From Cystobasidiomycetes sp. EMM_F5 (lineage: Eukaryota): DNA of 64,000 nucleotides. The first letter of the stretch is position 1; each line of letters opens with the position of its first letter. The notes under the pieces are model-generated. The model worked only from the letters and a program-made list of their open reading frames with translations. It was not told the origin of the DNA and did not search any database. Shown one piece after another: positions 10,067-22,094 of this stretch. Made by a program: the position numbers and the translations under genes. Location of the stretch: contig JBPGPT010000032.1 of NCBI GenBank assembly GCA_051047955.1, forward strand, positions 1-64,000. The letters run 5' to 3'.

Positions 10067-11187
10067 TCAGGAGGATATTCGCATACCAACAGCAAAGCCT
10101 CTTAAATACATCATGACGCATTGCTCAAAGTGCCAGCGGCATAGTCGCGGGTCCGGTCTTGTAGAAGTGTGCTCCAGGGGGTTGAATCTCGGCGGCAAGA
10201 TGGGCTTACCGTGATAGTCCTGTTGCTGCCCCATCTCCGCCTCTTCAAAGATAATGGAGTAGTACACACCGTCCTGTGATCCCAGGTCGATGAGCTGTGA
10301 CCTTTTATGAGACAGACTACGCACCTTATGGTGGAGAGACCATGAATAGGCGTCATATCTCGTATGCCATCTGGCTGTTAGCAAGAGGCAGTGACTAGGC
10401 TCGAATGGTTCGCCATCGTAATCGCTTCCCAGCAACTGCATGTATACCTGAAACACTTTATCAGACTTCTGTTAGCCGGACAAACGATACTGACGTACAT
10501 CACGCCGGGCTTGCGGCACAATGTAAGCAGCCTGTAGCGAATGCCCCATCTCTTGCGACAGAAGGCATCGCCGCGCATCTCGACTAATGAGACTTTCTCG
10601 GAAAGACTTCTGTGCTGAAAGATGATTACTTCGGCGCATTGAGAGTTGAAGCAATTTTAATATTCGTAAAAATACCTGAAGTGCTCCAGTGCTCCCGCTC
10701 AAAGTCATAGGGGAATGCTGTACACTAGAGGCATTATCGCTTTCCCCTTGAACCTTGGCACCCGTGCGGCAACTGCCTTCGGGGCCGTGTGCCCACGAGA
10801 AGCGTGTCTCTTCATGGACGCCAAGCAAGTGAGGTACAGCCTTAGAAGCAGTACGATATCTGTGAGTGCCGTGTTCTCACCGTCACTATCGCGTTGGGAA
10901 ACGGGTAGAAAATAGAAACGCCCTTATCCACCAGCAGCGTCAAGGTCTAGCGGGATATGCCCATCGACATCCGCTGCAAGGCGACCTGACTCATTGACCA
11001 GGATACTGAGCAAGTCTTGTATAAAAGCCCAAGCATTTAGTCGTGTGCGCTCCAGCCAGTCCAGAGGAATCTTGACATTAAAGTCGAGCCCCCCTGAGAC
11101 GGTGACGATAACCTCTGGACCCCGGCGCCAGCAGCTACGTAGCTTCTTGTATCTGTGCGTGACCTCCTGGTCTGCAGTGCTGCTCAT
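10067..11187 (-). pseudogene. Fungal HNH_2-type endonuclease-domain gene, apparently disrupted
   Basis: Spliced exons give FRESLISRDARRCLLS...LQAAYIVP (AHIVP motif with H->Y), LLLTARWHTRYDAYSWSL and PDPRLCRWHFEQCV. An in-frame TAA at 10924-10926 lies within otherwise continuous exon 1 (AAGG*GRFYFLP). Confidence 0.65.
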
Positions 11188-11687
11188 GGCATCTGCTGGC
11201 AGGCAACAGAATATTCGTCACGGTAGTTCCGCTACCAACCCTTTTGCCGCCCTTGATCTTGATGCGACAAGACGAACACTGTGACGAGTGAAAACTGCAT
11301 ATCCATACACAACAGATAGCAAGGATTCTGGCAAGATATCTCGACTCAGTGACGGAACAACCAAGGTGGCTACAGCTCCCGGCCATGCTGCCAGCCCTTG
11401 CTGTTTAGCATGCCTCTCAGATCCACAGGTTTAGACACGTCAGGCGGGTCACACAATACGTGCCAGCTGGCTTGCCAGCTGCGCTTGCAAGTAAAGTGAC
11501 GCCGATGCATGTACCGCATGATTGCATCCCATCGAGACATACGTACTGTTTCAAATGACACACAGCAGCAGCGCATTTGCCAGGCACCTGCCGGCCTTCA
11601 TGCTTCGACTTGTGGACGCATACGCAACCCTCCGGTCTCTGCGCATCGCATGAATCCTCAATGCACCACGATACGGTGCTCACCTGT

Positions 11688-11745
11688 ATTTCCCCACTCC
11701 CCTTTCCCACCTGCCTTCGCGCACGGTACATCGTAGTGGGGAAAT
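11688..11745. promoter_or_regulatory. GTGGG(A/G) site cluster upstream of the CocE hydrolase, including a perfect 11-bp inverted repeat
   Basis: ATTTCCCCACT 11688-11698, TTTCCCAC 11703-11710 and AGTGGGGAAAT 11735-11745, about 110-165 bp upstream of ATG 11854. Confidence 0.5.
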
Positions 11746-11853
11746 GGCGCTCGTCTCGCTCTTCGCAACTCCTAGCGTCTTGCGTTCGCTGATTTGCACC
11801 AATTATTAAATTGTCCCCTCTTTCCGACCAGACAAAGTGCTCAACTCGTCATC

Positions 11854-14147
11854 ATGGTCAAAACGGCATCACCAGTCGAGATTTCTATGAAAGCGATCGA
11901 CAAGCCGAGAGTCGGCTACAATGGGTATACCGGATTCCATCCTGGCAAGACGGAAATATTGAAGAAAGGGCACACCAACAAGGGCTGGAACAATTTAGAT
12001 GGCAAACCGCTTAAGTGCGACATACTGGTTGAACATGATGTTGCCATTGTTTGTCGCGATGGCACTACGCTCTACGGCGACATTTATAGGCCAGCTGACC
12101 AACAAGAGAAGATACCGTGTATATTGTAAGACTTCCTCTAATAGATGTCTGTATCCCAACCCTGATTACATCCAGCCGTCCCTTAGGTCGTGGTCGTGTT
12201 TCGTACGCGAAAGCTTTTAGGGAATGGGAAACCAAACTCACGTCGAATTGATGCACGTTACAGGGGAAGAAGCATTCTGGTCATACGCAAATGCCAAAAG
12301 TTCCATGGTCCGTGGTGGTCACTGGCAGAATCTCGTGAATGCACTGATAAAAGCTGCCGCAGGCAATGTGGAGTTCGGCCGAGCGATCTAAGCGGACTGG
12401 AAAAGTTCGAAGGAGTCGGTCAGTTACACTTGCACGATAAGTAATGTGTGTGTCGGACTAAGCTTCTTGTTGGCAGATCCGGCTGAATTTTGTAATTGGG
12501 GCTACGCTGTAGCCAATGTTGACTCGCGGGGTTCGGGCAATTCCGATGGTCCGTAGCCAAGCATGACGAACGTTTCTGTGTAACTGACGTTGAAAGGCCA
12601 GGTTTTGTGGAAATTATGGGACCTCAGGACGGCTTGGATGGTTACGACACGATCGAATGGATTGCGAAGCAAGAGTGGTGTAATGGATCTGTCGGCATGG
12701 CCGGAAACTCACATTTGGCAATAGTCCAGTACTTTGTCGCAGCTACGCAGCCCCCTTCACTGAAAGCTATTGCACCATGGGAGGGTTGCAGCGACCTCTT
12801 CCGAGAACAATTTGTGCGCGGAGGCATGTAAGTGGCTTCCGTAATTCCGAAACCATTCTTCCTATCGACTGAATGCTGTTTCAAGTTTCTACATGTCCAA
12901 CTTCGACCGCATTGGAAAATTCACGATTCTCGGCAATAATGGTCTGGAAGATTTCGACAAAATGTGTCAGTATTGTCTGGCGAGACCTACAGTATTAGAT
13001 GACTGCTTACTCACTTTTGCAGATGAGCGCTTTCCTCTTGCTGGGCCGTACTGGGATAGCAAGCGGGCTGAGCTTGACAAGATTAAAATCCCAATATTCA
13101 TCAAAGGTAACTGGCGTGACTCGTTTCGCCGTTGCCTAAGTTTGATGAGCTGTGTTTACTACAGGTACCGATAGCGCGAGCATGCATACGATGGGCTCGA
13201 TAAGGGCGTGGATGCAATGTCCTTCCGAACACAAATGGATCAAATGGAACGGCTACCAAGAGTGGTTTGATCTATGGGTGACGGAAGCCTCACGTGTCGA
13301 GCTCAAGGAATACTTTGATTGTTTCTTGAAGGGACAAAACAATGGTTTCATCGAAAACACACCCAAGTGTCGCTGGACTCTGCTGCGTTTCGGTGATCAA
13401 GAACCTATTGAGCACTTCACCATTCCAGATTATCCACACCCGGAGACGAATTATACAACTCTATACCTGGCAGGGGACAATGCTCTGTCACCAAGCCCGA
13501 TCAAGAGTGAACAGCAAGTCTCTTACGATAGCGAGGAGAAGACTGACCTCGCCGAGTTTCGGTACACATTTGAGAAGGCAACGACGATTCTTGGTATTCC
13601 AAAGATCTACTTGCATATGTCATGTCCGGATTACGATGACATGGTCATCTATGTGCAAATTCGCAAATATGACAAGAATGGGACCGTTATGGCTAATATC
13701 AATGTACCGACTGACCGCCGGAAGTTTAAAAGCTACTACGAGACGCCAAAAGAAGAACTCGCTGGTCTTATCGCTTTCCATGGTCCTATTGGAATGCTGA
13801 GAGCGTCGCATCGAGCCATTGACAGATCCAAGACATATCACCCTCAGATCCCTTTTCACCCGCATGACAGATTCGACAAAATTCCACCAGGAGACATTGT
13901 TGAACTCGAGATCGGTATCTGGGAGATGGGCATCTTATACGAAGCAGAGGAGACACTTTCTGTCCAGATTTATGGCCAGGCCAACATCAACGACATTACT
14001 CCCGATCAACGCTATTTGAGCAGGCAGCGGCCGGACATCGAGCGCAACCATGGCCGCCACATTATCCATTTTGGAAGCGAGAAGTTTCCAAGCAGAATCA
14101 TACTGCCCATTGTAGAGCTCGGAGACTTAGACTTCGGCCCGAAATGA
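11854..14147 (+). CDS. CocE/NonD family serine hydrolase (peptidase S15 plus PepX_C domain), multi-exon
   Basis: RDGTTLYGDIYRP, VDSRGSGNSDG, DGYDTIEWIAKQEWCNGSVGMAGNSHLA (nucleophile elbow), LKAIAPWEG and GMLRASHR. Confidence 0.92.
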
Positions 14148-14200
14148 GCCACGATCGGCGCGATGTCAGAGCGGCCAGAAAACGAGCCAATAGGTTGTAC

Positions 14201-17053
14201 CTAAGAGCTAAACAGCTGTCTTATGTCTTTGAACATTTGTGCAAACTTCGTATTCATACCGTTGCTGCCCATCCTCACTATCATACGCTCCAGATCTGCG
14301 ATGACCCGCGAGGTTTTTACCGCTGTGTCTGTGACTGAGGATGTATACAGCCCGTTGAGGACGAAAGTGCAGTCGTTCCTTGCAGAAAGGTCGCCAAGGG
14401 CTTCACTGGAAGTACTCGTGAACATAGGAATGCGCAAGAGGTCTGACCATTCGAAATCGTACGGTATTGTCGTAGAGCCTTGCAACCTCTCAAACGCGAA
14501 CAGATACATCCCTATAAACTTTCCCAATTAGCCGGTTCCGGGTAGCCTGACTGCAAGTACTAACAAGCTTGGTATGCTGAAATCTGTGCAAGCGGGGTGA
14601 TTTCTGATCCGAGCGGGACGCATGACAGTCGGCGCGATATGTCGACAGCATGTAGAAGTCCGAAACGAGCCCACCGAGTGACTGACCAGGGTAACAATCT
14701 ATCATAAATATGCTGTGCCATTGCGTAACCTTCACGCCCCTGGGAGAAGGTCGCCATCAGCTTTCGCGTTACCAAGTGGCCGGGAGTGTGAGCTAATTAC
14801 GCAAACAATCTCGATGAAACGCATGTTAGCTAACAAGTGCAGCCAGGCAGCGTTCCAGGAGACTCCGATAAACATGACATCCTTGGGTCCGGCCATCTTC
14901 ACCAATTTCTCAGCAGCTTTGAGTGCGGTCTCCAGCGGTAACAATTCGTTCGCTTGTAGTGTCAGGACGCGAGGTTTGAGCTTCTTCGATCCCAAAACTA
15001 CGCCACACAGAGAACCCATTAAAGCCTCACAGGCCATACAATTACCTGTCAAATCTGGCAATAAAGAGATTGTGCTGACTGGCTCGTGCAACAGCATACC
15101 GGCCATATCGTTGAAGTTGACGGGCATTTCGCAGTTCGCCAAGGTGACCGTCGCGGACGTATCCAGTTTGACCTGAGTGAGCCAAGCGGTGGCTGTGGTG
15201 GCGGCCCAAGCTGCATCGGAGCAGGGGAGAGGCCCGAACAGGCATCCGCCATCCACCAACGGCATGATCATGTAGAATTGCGCCCATAAACGGTCTACCT
15301 GGGTGATTGAGTAGGCTATACCAACCAGTGTGTATCCGTCAGATTGATATGCCGCACAACATTGTTTTGAGCGCTGACCTGTCCGCTTATTCGTTTCCAC
15401 TGCAACCCATCTTCGCCACTGTTTGTCCAGCAAGCCATCGTAGCTATCCGCGATGACGACTGTCTCTGCTTTCAGTATGGACCCTCGACTAGCCGTGTCC
15501 ACCAGAGTTGCCTAGCGAACGGTAATCAGCCTTGTGACTGGGAGCGATGTGCCATGAGCTGACGTGGAAAAGCTGGCAGGAAGCCATAAGAGTTGGATCG
15601 CACCCTAAGAGAGAGAGGTGGCAGCACAGCAGCCCAGCTTGGCATATTTGCAGCGGTGACTGCGGTGGACAATTGACGGGATGAGGCATCTGTACGGAAC
15701 GATAAGTGTCTGAGCCTTGCACATTTTTGAACGCTTTGCATACTACTGGAGACTGAAGATATATCAAAGTCCGTAAGACAGCAGAGCAGATTCCTATGGC
15801 AAGCCGATCGTGTAATTGTGGGTCCATTCCATACAATCCAACTGCCGTGCATGCTGCCAGTACCAAGACGCCGGCCGCACGGGGTGTCAACGAAGGTATA
15901 TGTAAAAATGGCAACGCAAGACTGCTTCTCTCGACGAAATGGTCGAGAGCGGTCTGGATGCGTATTCGATCTGGAAGGACTTCGATAGAAGAATCCTATA
16001 CTGACCCAGTCAATAATGGAGCAGCAGTTACTCGAAATCTGTATCACCTGAACATTTGCTTGCATGAAGCGTTGTAATTCCTGAGTGTCCCCTTCAGTGA
16101 GCCCCAGGAGCCTTTCTTGTTCATCCACCACACAATCAATATTAGTATTGGGAGAGGCAGGGCGAGACACAGCCGGCAAGCTGGGTCTCGAAACCCATCC
16201 TGTCCTCAGAGTCTGCTCGAATTTCCGCTTCTCTGTTGATTGCGTAGGTGCAGGGTCGTCAGAAATTTCGACTGCTGTCGGCTGCTGCCACAAATAGTCG
16301 TAGGCTTGCCAATAATCTGGTTGTAGTAACGTTTCCCATGCTAAATTATCGACGCTGGGAACGGACAGATTCGGAAATGAGCCAATATCTGGCTCAAAGA
16401 TGTGAGCATTTGATTGATCGTTGCCAACTGTGCTAATATCTGTATGCCAGCCTGTGTCCGCTGACAAATGAGTCAGCAGTGCGACGTCTTCGTATCGCGA
16501 TGATGGTTGCAGCCTGCACGCGGAAGTCAGCCAGCCAGCCGCACAAAGCTAGCTGGAACGGACAACTTGCTGGGAAGGATTAGTATGTTGCGATATGAGG
16601 GAAGTGGTTGTACCACTCGTTGAGGCTGTATTGGCCCATTGACCTTTGTCAAGAAAGACCTGCTCTTGCCGGTTGAGCGAAGTCGGGTTAGGTATTTCGG
16701 ACGCTTCCACTCCATCGGAGTCTGTTGCGGATATATGTGTTCGCTTGTGTCTAAGGTAGACATCCTTTCGCGCGAAGCACTTCCCGCAGACCGGGCACGG
16801 GAAAGGCTTTTCGCCGGTACTGTCGTCCATATCAGGATGTGCACTTCATGGCGAAAGCGTGGTACGTACTGCGCGCGCTCGTGACGGCTGAGATGTTCCT
16901 TCTTGGTGAAGATCTTGGCGCACCTTCGGACTTCGAGCATCAGTCTGCTGCTGCTAGCCCTGCTCCAGGATTCGGAGCATCATGGTGGTCTCTGGACGCT
17001 CACCGGGAGCAGCTGAAGTGCGGTATGGAAGGCTCAGCGCTTGTCTCCTTCAT
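14201..17053 (-). CDS. Two-finger C2H2 zinc-finger transcription factor with a fungal-specific TF middle-homology domain
   Basis: The spliced N-terminus reads [63 protein letters not shown]. Downstream [20 protein letters not shown] and [11 protein letters not shown] are typical of Fungal_trans regions. Confidence 0.85.
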
Positions 17054-17421
17054 CCTGTAGTGGCAGGGACTGGCCCAGCACCGCAGACTGTAGAGGTACA
17101 GTACTCGCGATTTATAATATGACTGAAAGACGGCGAAACTTCGACGGCCACTTGCAAAAGCAACTTCTCCGACAGCCGACTACTGGAAACATCATGTACA
17201 CTGTTGGCATACTCCTCCAGGTAGAAGTTAGATCTCACATTGACAAAACTATGTCGGACATCGACAACAGAGCACCCTGTGAAAACTCGCGCTTGCACTG
17301 TAAAGCAAATGTTGAGGAGGCAGGGCAATGCCGGAAGTAGCACTATTCACGCTGCGCTTATCACGCAGTCACGTAAATAGCCTTTCAACGTAGAGGTCCA
17401 GCTGTGGCAGAGGATCCTTCT

Positions 17422-17481
17422 GTGGGAAATGGGTATGTGGGGCTGATGGGGCTGCCCCAGCAAGGACGTTCGGTGGGAAAT
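17422..17481 (+). promoter_or_regulatory. Two GTGGGAAAT sites in the TF/dioxygenase divergent promoter
   Basis: GTGGGAAAT at 17422-17430 and 17473-17481, with a GTGGGG between them; about 90-150 bp upstream of ATG 17570. Confidence 0.5.
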
Positions 17482-17569
17482 TTGTTAACGGAATTCCTTG
17501 TACAGCTTTACGCAGTTTTCTCACGCTGCTCCGCTTCTGTCTCCTACGCATCCATCGGAATCCGAAACA

Positions 17570-18788
17570 ATGCCACCAATTATCCGACGTCAAGAGCCTG
17601 AACGCGTGTTCCCTCCGTTTGAGTATTCCCATCTCCTCGATGAAGCTAATTATGGCGATTGGCGAGATGAGCTGGTACGTGCATGCACTTCATCCCAATG
17701 ATCGTCGATACGTCTCCTCTCAAAAGTTGTGCGTTGCACAGGTTACAAAAGGCTACGCTGTCGTTGAGGGCGCAATTCCACGCCATGAGGCACTGGCCAT
17801 TCGCAGCGAAATTTACGATTGGATGGAATCGTTTCCAATGGGCTTCAAGCGCGACGATCCGGCAACCTTTACCAATGAGCACATGCCTATCCACATCAAA
17901 GGAGGAATGTTACATGGCTACGGTATAGCTCATGAGGATTGGGCTTGGAAAATACGCAGCGCGCCCGGTGTGGTCGACGCATTTGCGCACGTGTGGGGAA
18001 CTCCCGAGCTGGTTACGTCTTATGACTCTGCGGCCGTAATGCTTCCGCATCGCAAAGACATACCAAAGGATGTGAGTAGCGGTATTGATCCGGGTGGAAA
18101 CAAAGATGTAACAGGTCTCTCCTCTCTCGCTATAGCAAAACAAGCGATGGCCCCATATGGACCAGTCCGCCTGCAGGAAGGGTATGCATGTAGTGCAGGG
18201 CATCGTGAATCTCAATGAATGCGGCCCTGATGACGGAGGCCTGCTAATTTTGGAGGGGAGTGCAAAACTCATAGAGGAATACTTCGACGTCATCGGCAGA
18301 GGTGAGACACGGACATGGGGCCCCGTCAGTATCCTTCACTTTTCTTATACACCGTTGAGCAGAGTGAACTGACTCATACTTACCAGATCGACTTTTATGC
18401 CTTCTCCGAAGACCAAGAGGACTGGTTCATTGAGCGAGGATGCAAATGGGTGAAGGTCTGTTGTAGGCCTGGTGATCTCATTCTGTGGGATTCTCGCGCA
18501 ATGCACCACAATTGTATGCCATCGGGATCGGTCGACCGTGTCGTAACATATGTTACTATGGCTCCGGCAAAACTTCTTTCGGACGAGGATCGCCGGAAGC
18601 GCAAAATTGCGTTCGATAATTATCTGGGTACCACACACGTTCCTTTTGATGACATCGCTATCCGGCCACATGAGCCTGGTGTGCGTCCGGAGACAGGCCT
18701 ACCTGACCCTTGCGATACCGGCATTCCGAAAGCGCCAAGAGTAGCTACGGAGCGCATACTCAAATTAGCTGGAGTTCAGAAGTATTGA
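17570..18788 (+). CDS. Phytanoyl-CoA dioxygenase (PhyH)-family Fe(II)/2-oxoglutarate dioxygenase
   Basis: KGYAVVEGAIP, WPHMDQS (HxD), QGIVNLNECGPDDGGLLIL and PGDLILWDSRAMHHN (distal His); three introns. Confidence 0.88.
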
Positions 18789-18974
18789 TAGGCATTGAGA
18801 TACGCTGCGTGTAAGCGTTAGTATGTAGTATCTCCTTTCGCTGGTTTATTCCGACATCTCTTTATTCGCAAGCATATGACTCCAGATTGACTGCAACATG
18901 CACCATAGTAAAGTAAGCGGAGACCCCGGTTAGAATTTCTAAAAGTAAACAACTGCGAGATTTCTCAATGCCGG

Positions 18975-18990
18975 TTTCCCACTGTCCCAC
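18975..18990 (-). promoter_or_regulatory. Tandem GTGGGA sites upstream of the AAA ATPase
   Basis: Plus-strand TTTCCCAC 18975-18982 and GTCCCAC 18984-18990, about 150 bp upstream of ATG 19138. Confidence 0.45.
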
Positions 18991-19137
18991 TTCGCCGTCG
19001 CTCATTAGGAGTTTTGTGAGAGGTCAACATGAATTCACGGCTTCTGCGCGGTAGTAAACGTCGACGTACTGTCCACCACACGCACAGTACACGACTTGCA
19101 CGGACGCGATCCATCGCACTCTTATTGCAGCATCGGC

Positions 19138-21673
19138 ATGGAGCTCGAGGGAGGTGACTCCGCTGCTTTCAATACTATCCGACAGACTCTCGAGAAGGGC
19201 CGCTGGGTTACAGAGCCTTTAGTAGATCAGTCGAAGGAGGACGGAGCGAAGACGCACACACGGGAGACTCCACCGTATTTCAGTGCGTACGAACGCCGAG
19301 ATCCTAAACGTCACGAACTCGAAAGCTATACTTGGATCGAGCCAACCTCTAGCAGTCTTTTATCCGCTCTGAAACTTCTTTACCCACGTATATCGAGTCT
19401 CTACGACGTTCGACCAGGGGTAAGCCTCGCTGTCGACCTCGCGGTTCACAGTTGGTCATTGATTTTTTGATTGAATATTAAGGTAGACGCCCGCAATCTA
19501 TACGATCTGTTCATACGGAAATCCACGGCCGTCACCGACACTTCTCCGGTCTCTCTTCGCCATTTACAGACATACCTTCGCAAAGTGTACGGCCGAATGT
19601 GAGCCCCCGCGATTGCTTCGAGGATTTGCCTAGCCTCGCTTACACATAACCGCACCTAATAAGAGAGGAGAGGCTCGCAGAATATCCAAGAGGCTATGTC
19701 TCCTGGCACTTATTGTGGTGCTTCTTCGATCCCGGTAACGTTGTGGAGATCACCCACCACAGCAGCGGGCGCAAGGTGCGGTGCTTGACACGAGGGAGGG
19801 CGCATCAGAGGCACTGACGAATATGACCGACCCTCATTCAGATGGCTATGGTTGTTGAGAGATGGTACTTCGCAAGTGAGGCCTCAGGGCGGTGGGCGAG
19901 CACAATAGGCTGGGTGTCTACCTGGCGACTGATTGGTGCGCAGGGCTTTTGTAGTGGATGGTCACTACTATCAATGGGCTGGAACTAGTATGCAAAAGAT
20001 GGCTTCGACGAAACGCATTGCGGAATTTACAGTGGGTTGCCCGTGGCGTTTCGACATTGAGCTGAATATCAGATGTTTCAGGATTTGCAAGCATTGCATA
20101 CACTCCAAGTCTCTCCGATTACCGATGTCATACTAGGGCAGCTAAGAGGTATGGATTATAGAGCATAGCGTTTCAGACGGAGGGATGACCTAACCAAGAT
20201 GTTTCTACCAATTTTCTCATCAAGAGCGCGGTATGCGATATCTTCAGTATACTTCGCAAGTTTACGCGCTCTATATCGGTTCATTCTATTCAAGAGCGAT
20301 GGGCGGGGCGTAAGTCCAAAGCACTTGGTTGCCGGTGACGCTGAGATCGTTCTGCAGGACCCGCATGAATGCAGAAGGTCCTGTCATGGTAGATGTTACC
20401 TGCTTCCGTAAAACGAATCCTGTGCAAGACGAATGGGCGTAAGTCCATGTCAATACCATGAAAATGTTTGACTGACGCCCGACTAGAGACGACGTGAACA
20501 ACCCAGCCGTCGCTAACATATACGTCAAGAACGCTGCTTCCGCCTCTCAAATCGAGTCTAACTTCGACGCGGCCATGGTACACCTTCTACCGCCGGTTAT
20601 ACATGGTTTCTCGTTCCGAGTCAAACGATGGGGAGAGTTTCTGATTGACAATCTCCATCCTTACGAGTGGCAAGACAAGAGTTTCGAACATTTGGTCATA
20701 CCCGACGCACATCGACGGGTACTGTCCTCGCTGGTCAAAATACACGCTAGTCCCCTCCGCAAAAGCCTGCTGACAGATGTCATTCAAGGTAAAGGCGAGG
20801 GTCTAGTAATTGCTCTACATGGGAGCCCTGGCACAGGAAAAGTAGGCATCCGTGAAGCAGCTTTGTAGACGCTGGCCTGAAACATAGATACTCCCTTGGA
20901 CCAACTGCTCTATTAGACTTTGACAGCAGAAGCCATTGCAGAGCACCTCAAGCGGCCTTTATACTCAATCAGTTCTGGCGAATTGGGTACAACGCCAGCA
21001 GGCCTAGAAAAAGAATTAAAAAATCTTATGGAGGTGGGTTCCGTGCAATTCTATATGGCAAAGACGGCTGACTTCAGTAAGCAGCTCGCAAGCCAGTGGA
21101 ATGCTGTTTTGTTAATTGACGAAGCAGATCTTTTTCTCGAGAAACGAACGACAAATCAGCTTGAAAGAAATGCACTGGTAGGGATATTCTTGCGCCGTAA
21201 GTACACAAGTTGAAGAGGGGTCATGGCTGCTGATTTCGCCTGGCGGTATGAATAAGTTCTGGAATACTTCTCTGGCAGTAAGTTTGCACCACAATATGGC
21301 TGTAGACAGCACTGACGTGCCTGTAATACAGTCTTATTATTGACGACGAACCGAATTGATTCTTTCGACGAGGCGTTCAAATCCAGATTTGCCGTGATCC
21401 TCGAGTACAAAGAACTCGACGTGCAGTCTCGTTATCTGCTGTGGAGTCGAGTGAGTCGCAGCGAATGGTGAGGCTCTCTTTTACTGACGCATGTATCAGT
21501 TTCTCAAGAAGGCCGCATGTGTTGTAGATGAGGATTGCATTGCAATGCTCGCAGAAAAGCAGATAAACGGTCGCGTCATCAAGCGAACAATTCAGACAGC
21601 TCAAGCGCTCGCATTGAATGACAAGCAAGTGTTAGGATTCAGGCATCTTGAGGAAGCCTTACTACTCCAATAG
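19138..21673 (+). CDS. Fungal AAA+ ATPase (DUF7025-like N-terminal region plus AAA core), many introns; start uncertain
   Basis: DVIQGKGEGLVIALHGSPGTGKTLTAEAIAE (Walker A), LLIDEADLFLEKR (Walker B), TTNRIDSFDEAFKSR and INGRVIK. Confidence 0.85.
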
Positions 21674-21935
21674 CCTTCATAGTCCTCGATGGTAATGGCA
21701 AACCGAACAGCTGCTTCATTGCCAAAGATGACTTCTTTTATGCGCCGTTGCACAGCTGCAGTATGGCAGTTCGGTACTCAATCACAAGTCTGTGATATCA
21801 TCTTGTAAGAGTGGCTCAGCATTGACAAACATAACGGTTCAAGCTACAACGTGCATGCGCAGTTCTTACCTTCAATCCATTGGCTTGCTGACCGACAGTC
21901 GGGCCGCCGGGCCGATGCACTTCATCGGCAGCGGG

Positions 21936-22009
21936 GTCCCACTGCAAAATCTATACGGAACGATCGCGCAAAGTGGTCGGCGGGGAAGAAGGCGGTGGGA
22001 AAGTGGGAT
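21936..22009. promoter_or_regulatory. GTGGGA site cluster upstream of the MFS transporter
   Basis: GTCCCAC 21936-21942, GTGGGAAA 21995-22002 and GTGGGAT 22003-22009, about 85-160 bp upstream of ATG 22095. Confidence 0.5.
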
Positions 22010-22094
22010 AGTGCAGCAGACTTCAGCCTCATGACAATACCATGTTCAGCCGAATACTCCTCTATTCTGTAAGGAGAACATCTGGCACACCAAA

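Noticed and set aside
8962..10116. 384-aa ORF as one intronless protein
   Set aside because: It reads through the intron at ~9802-9860 into the wrong frame. The spliced form restores the conserved C-terminus, and the likely start is 9040.
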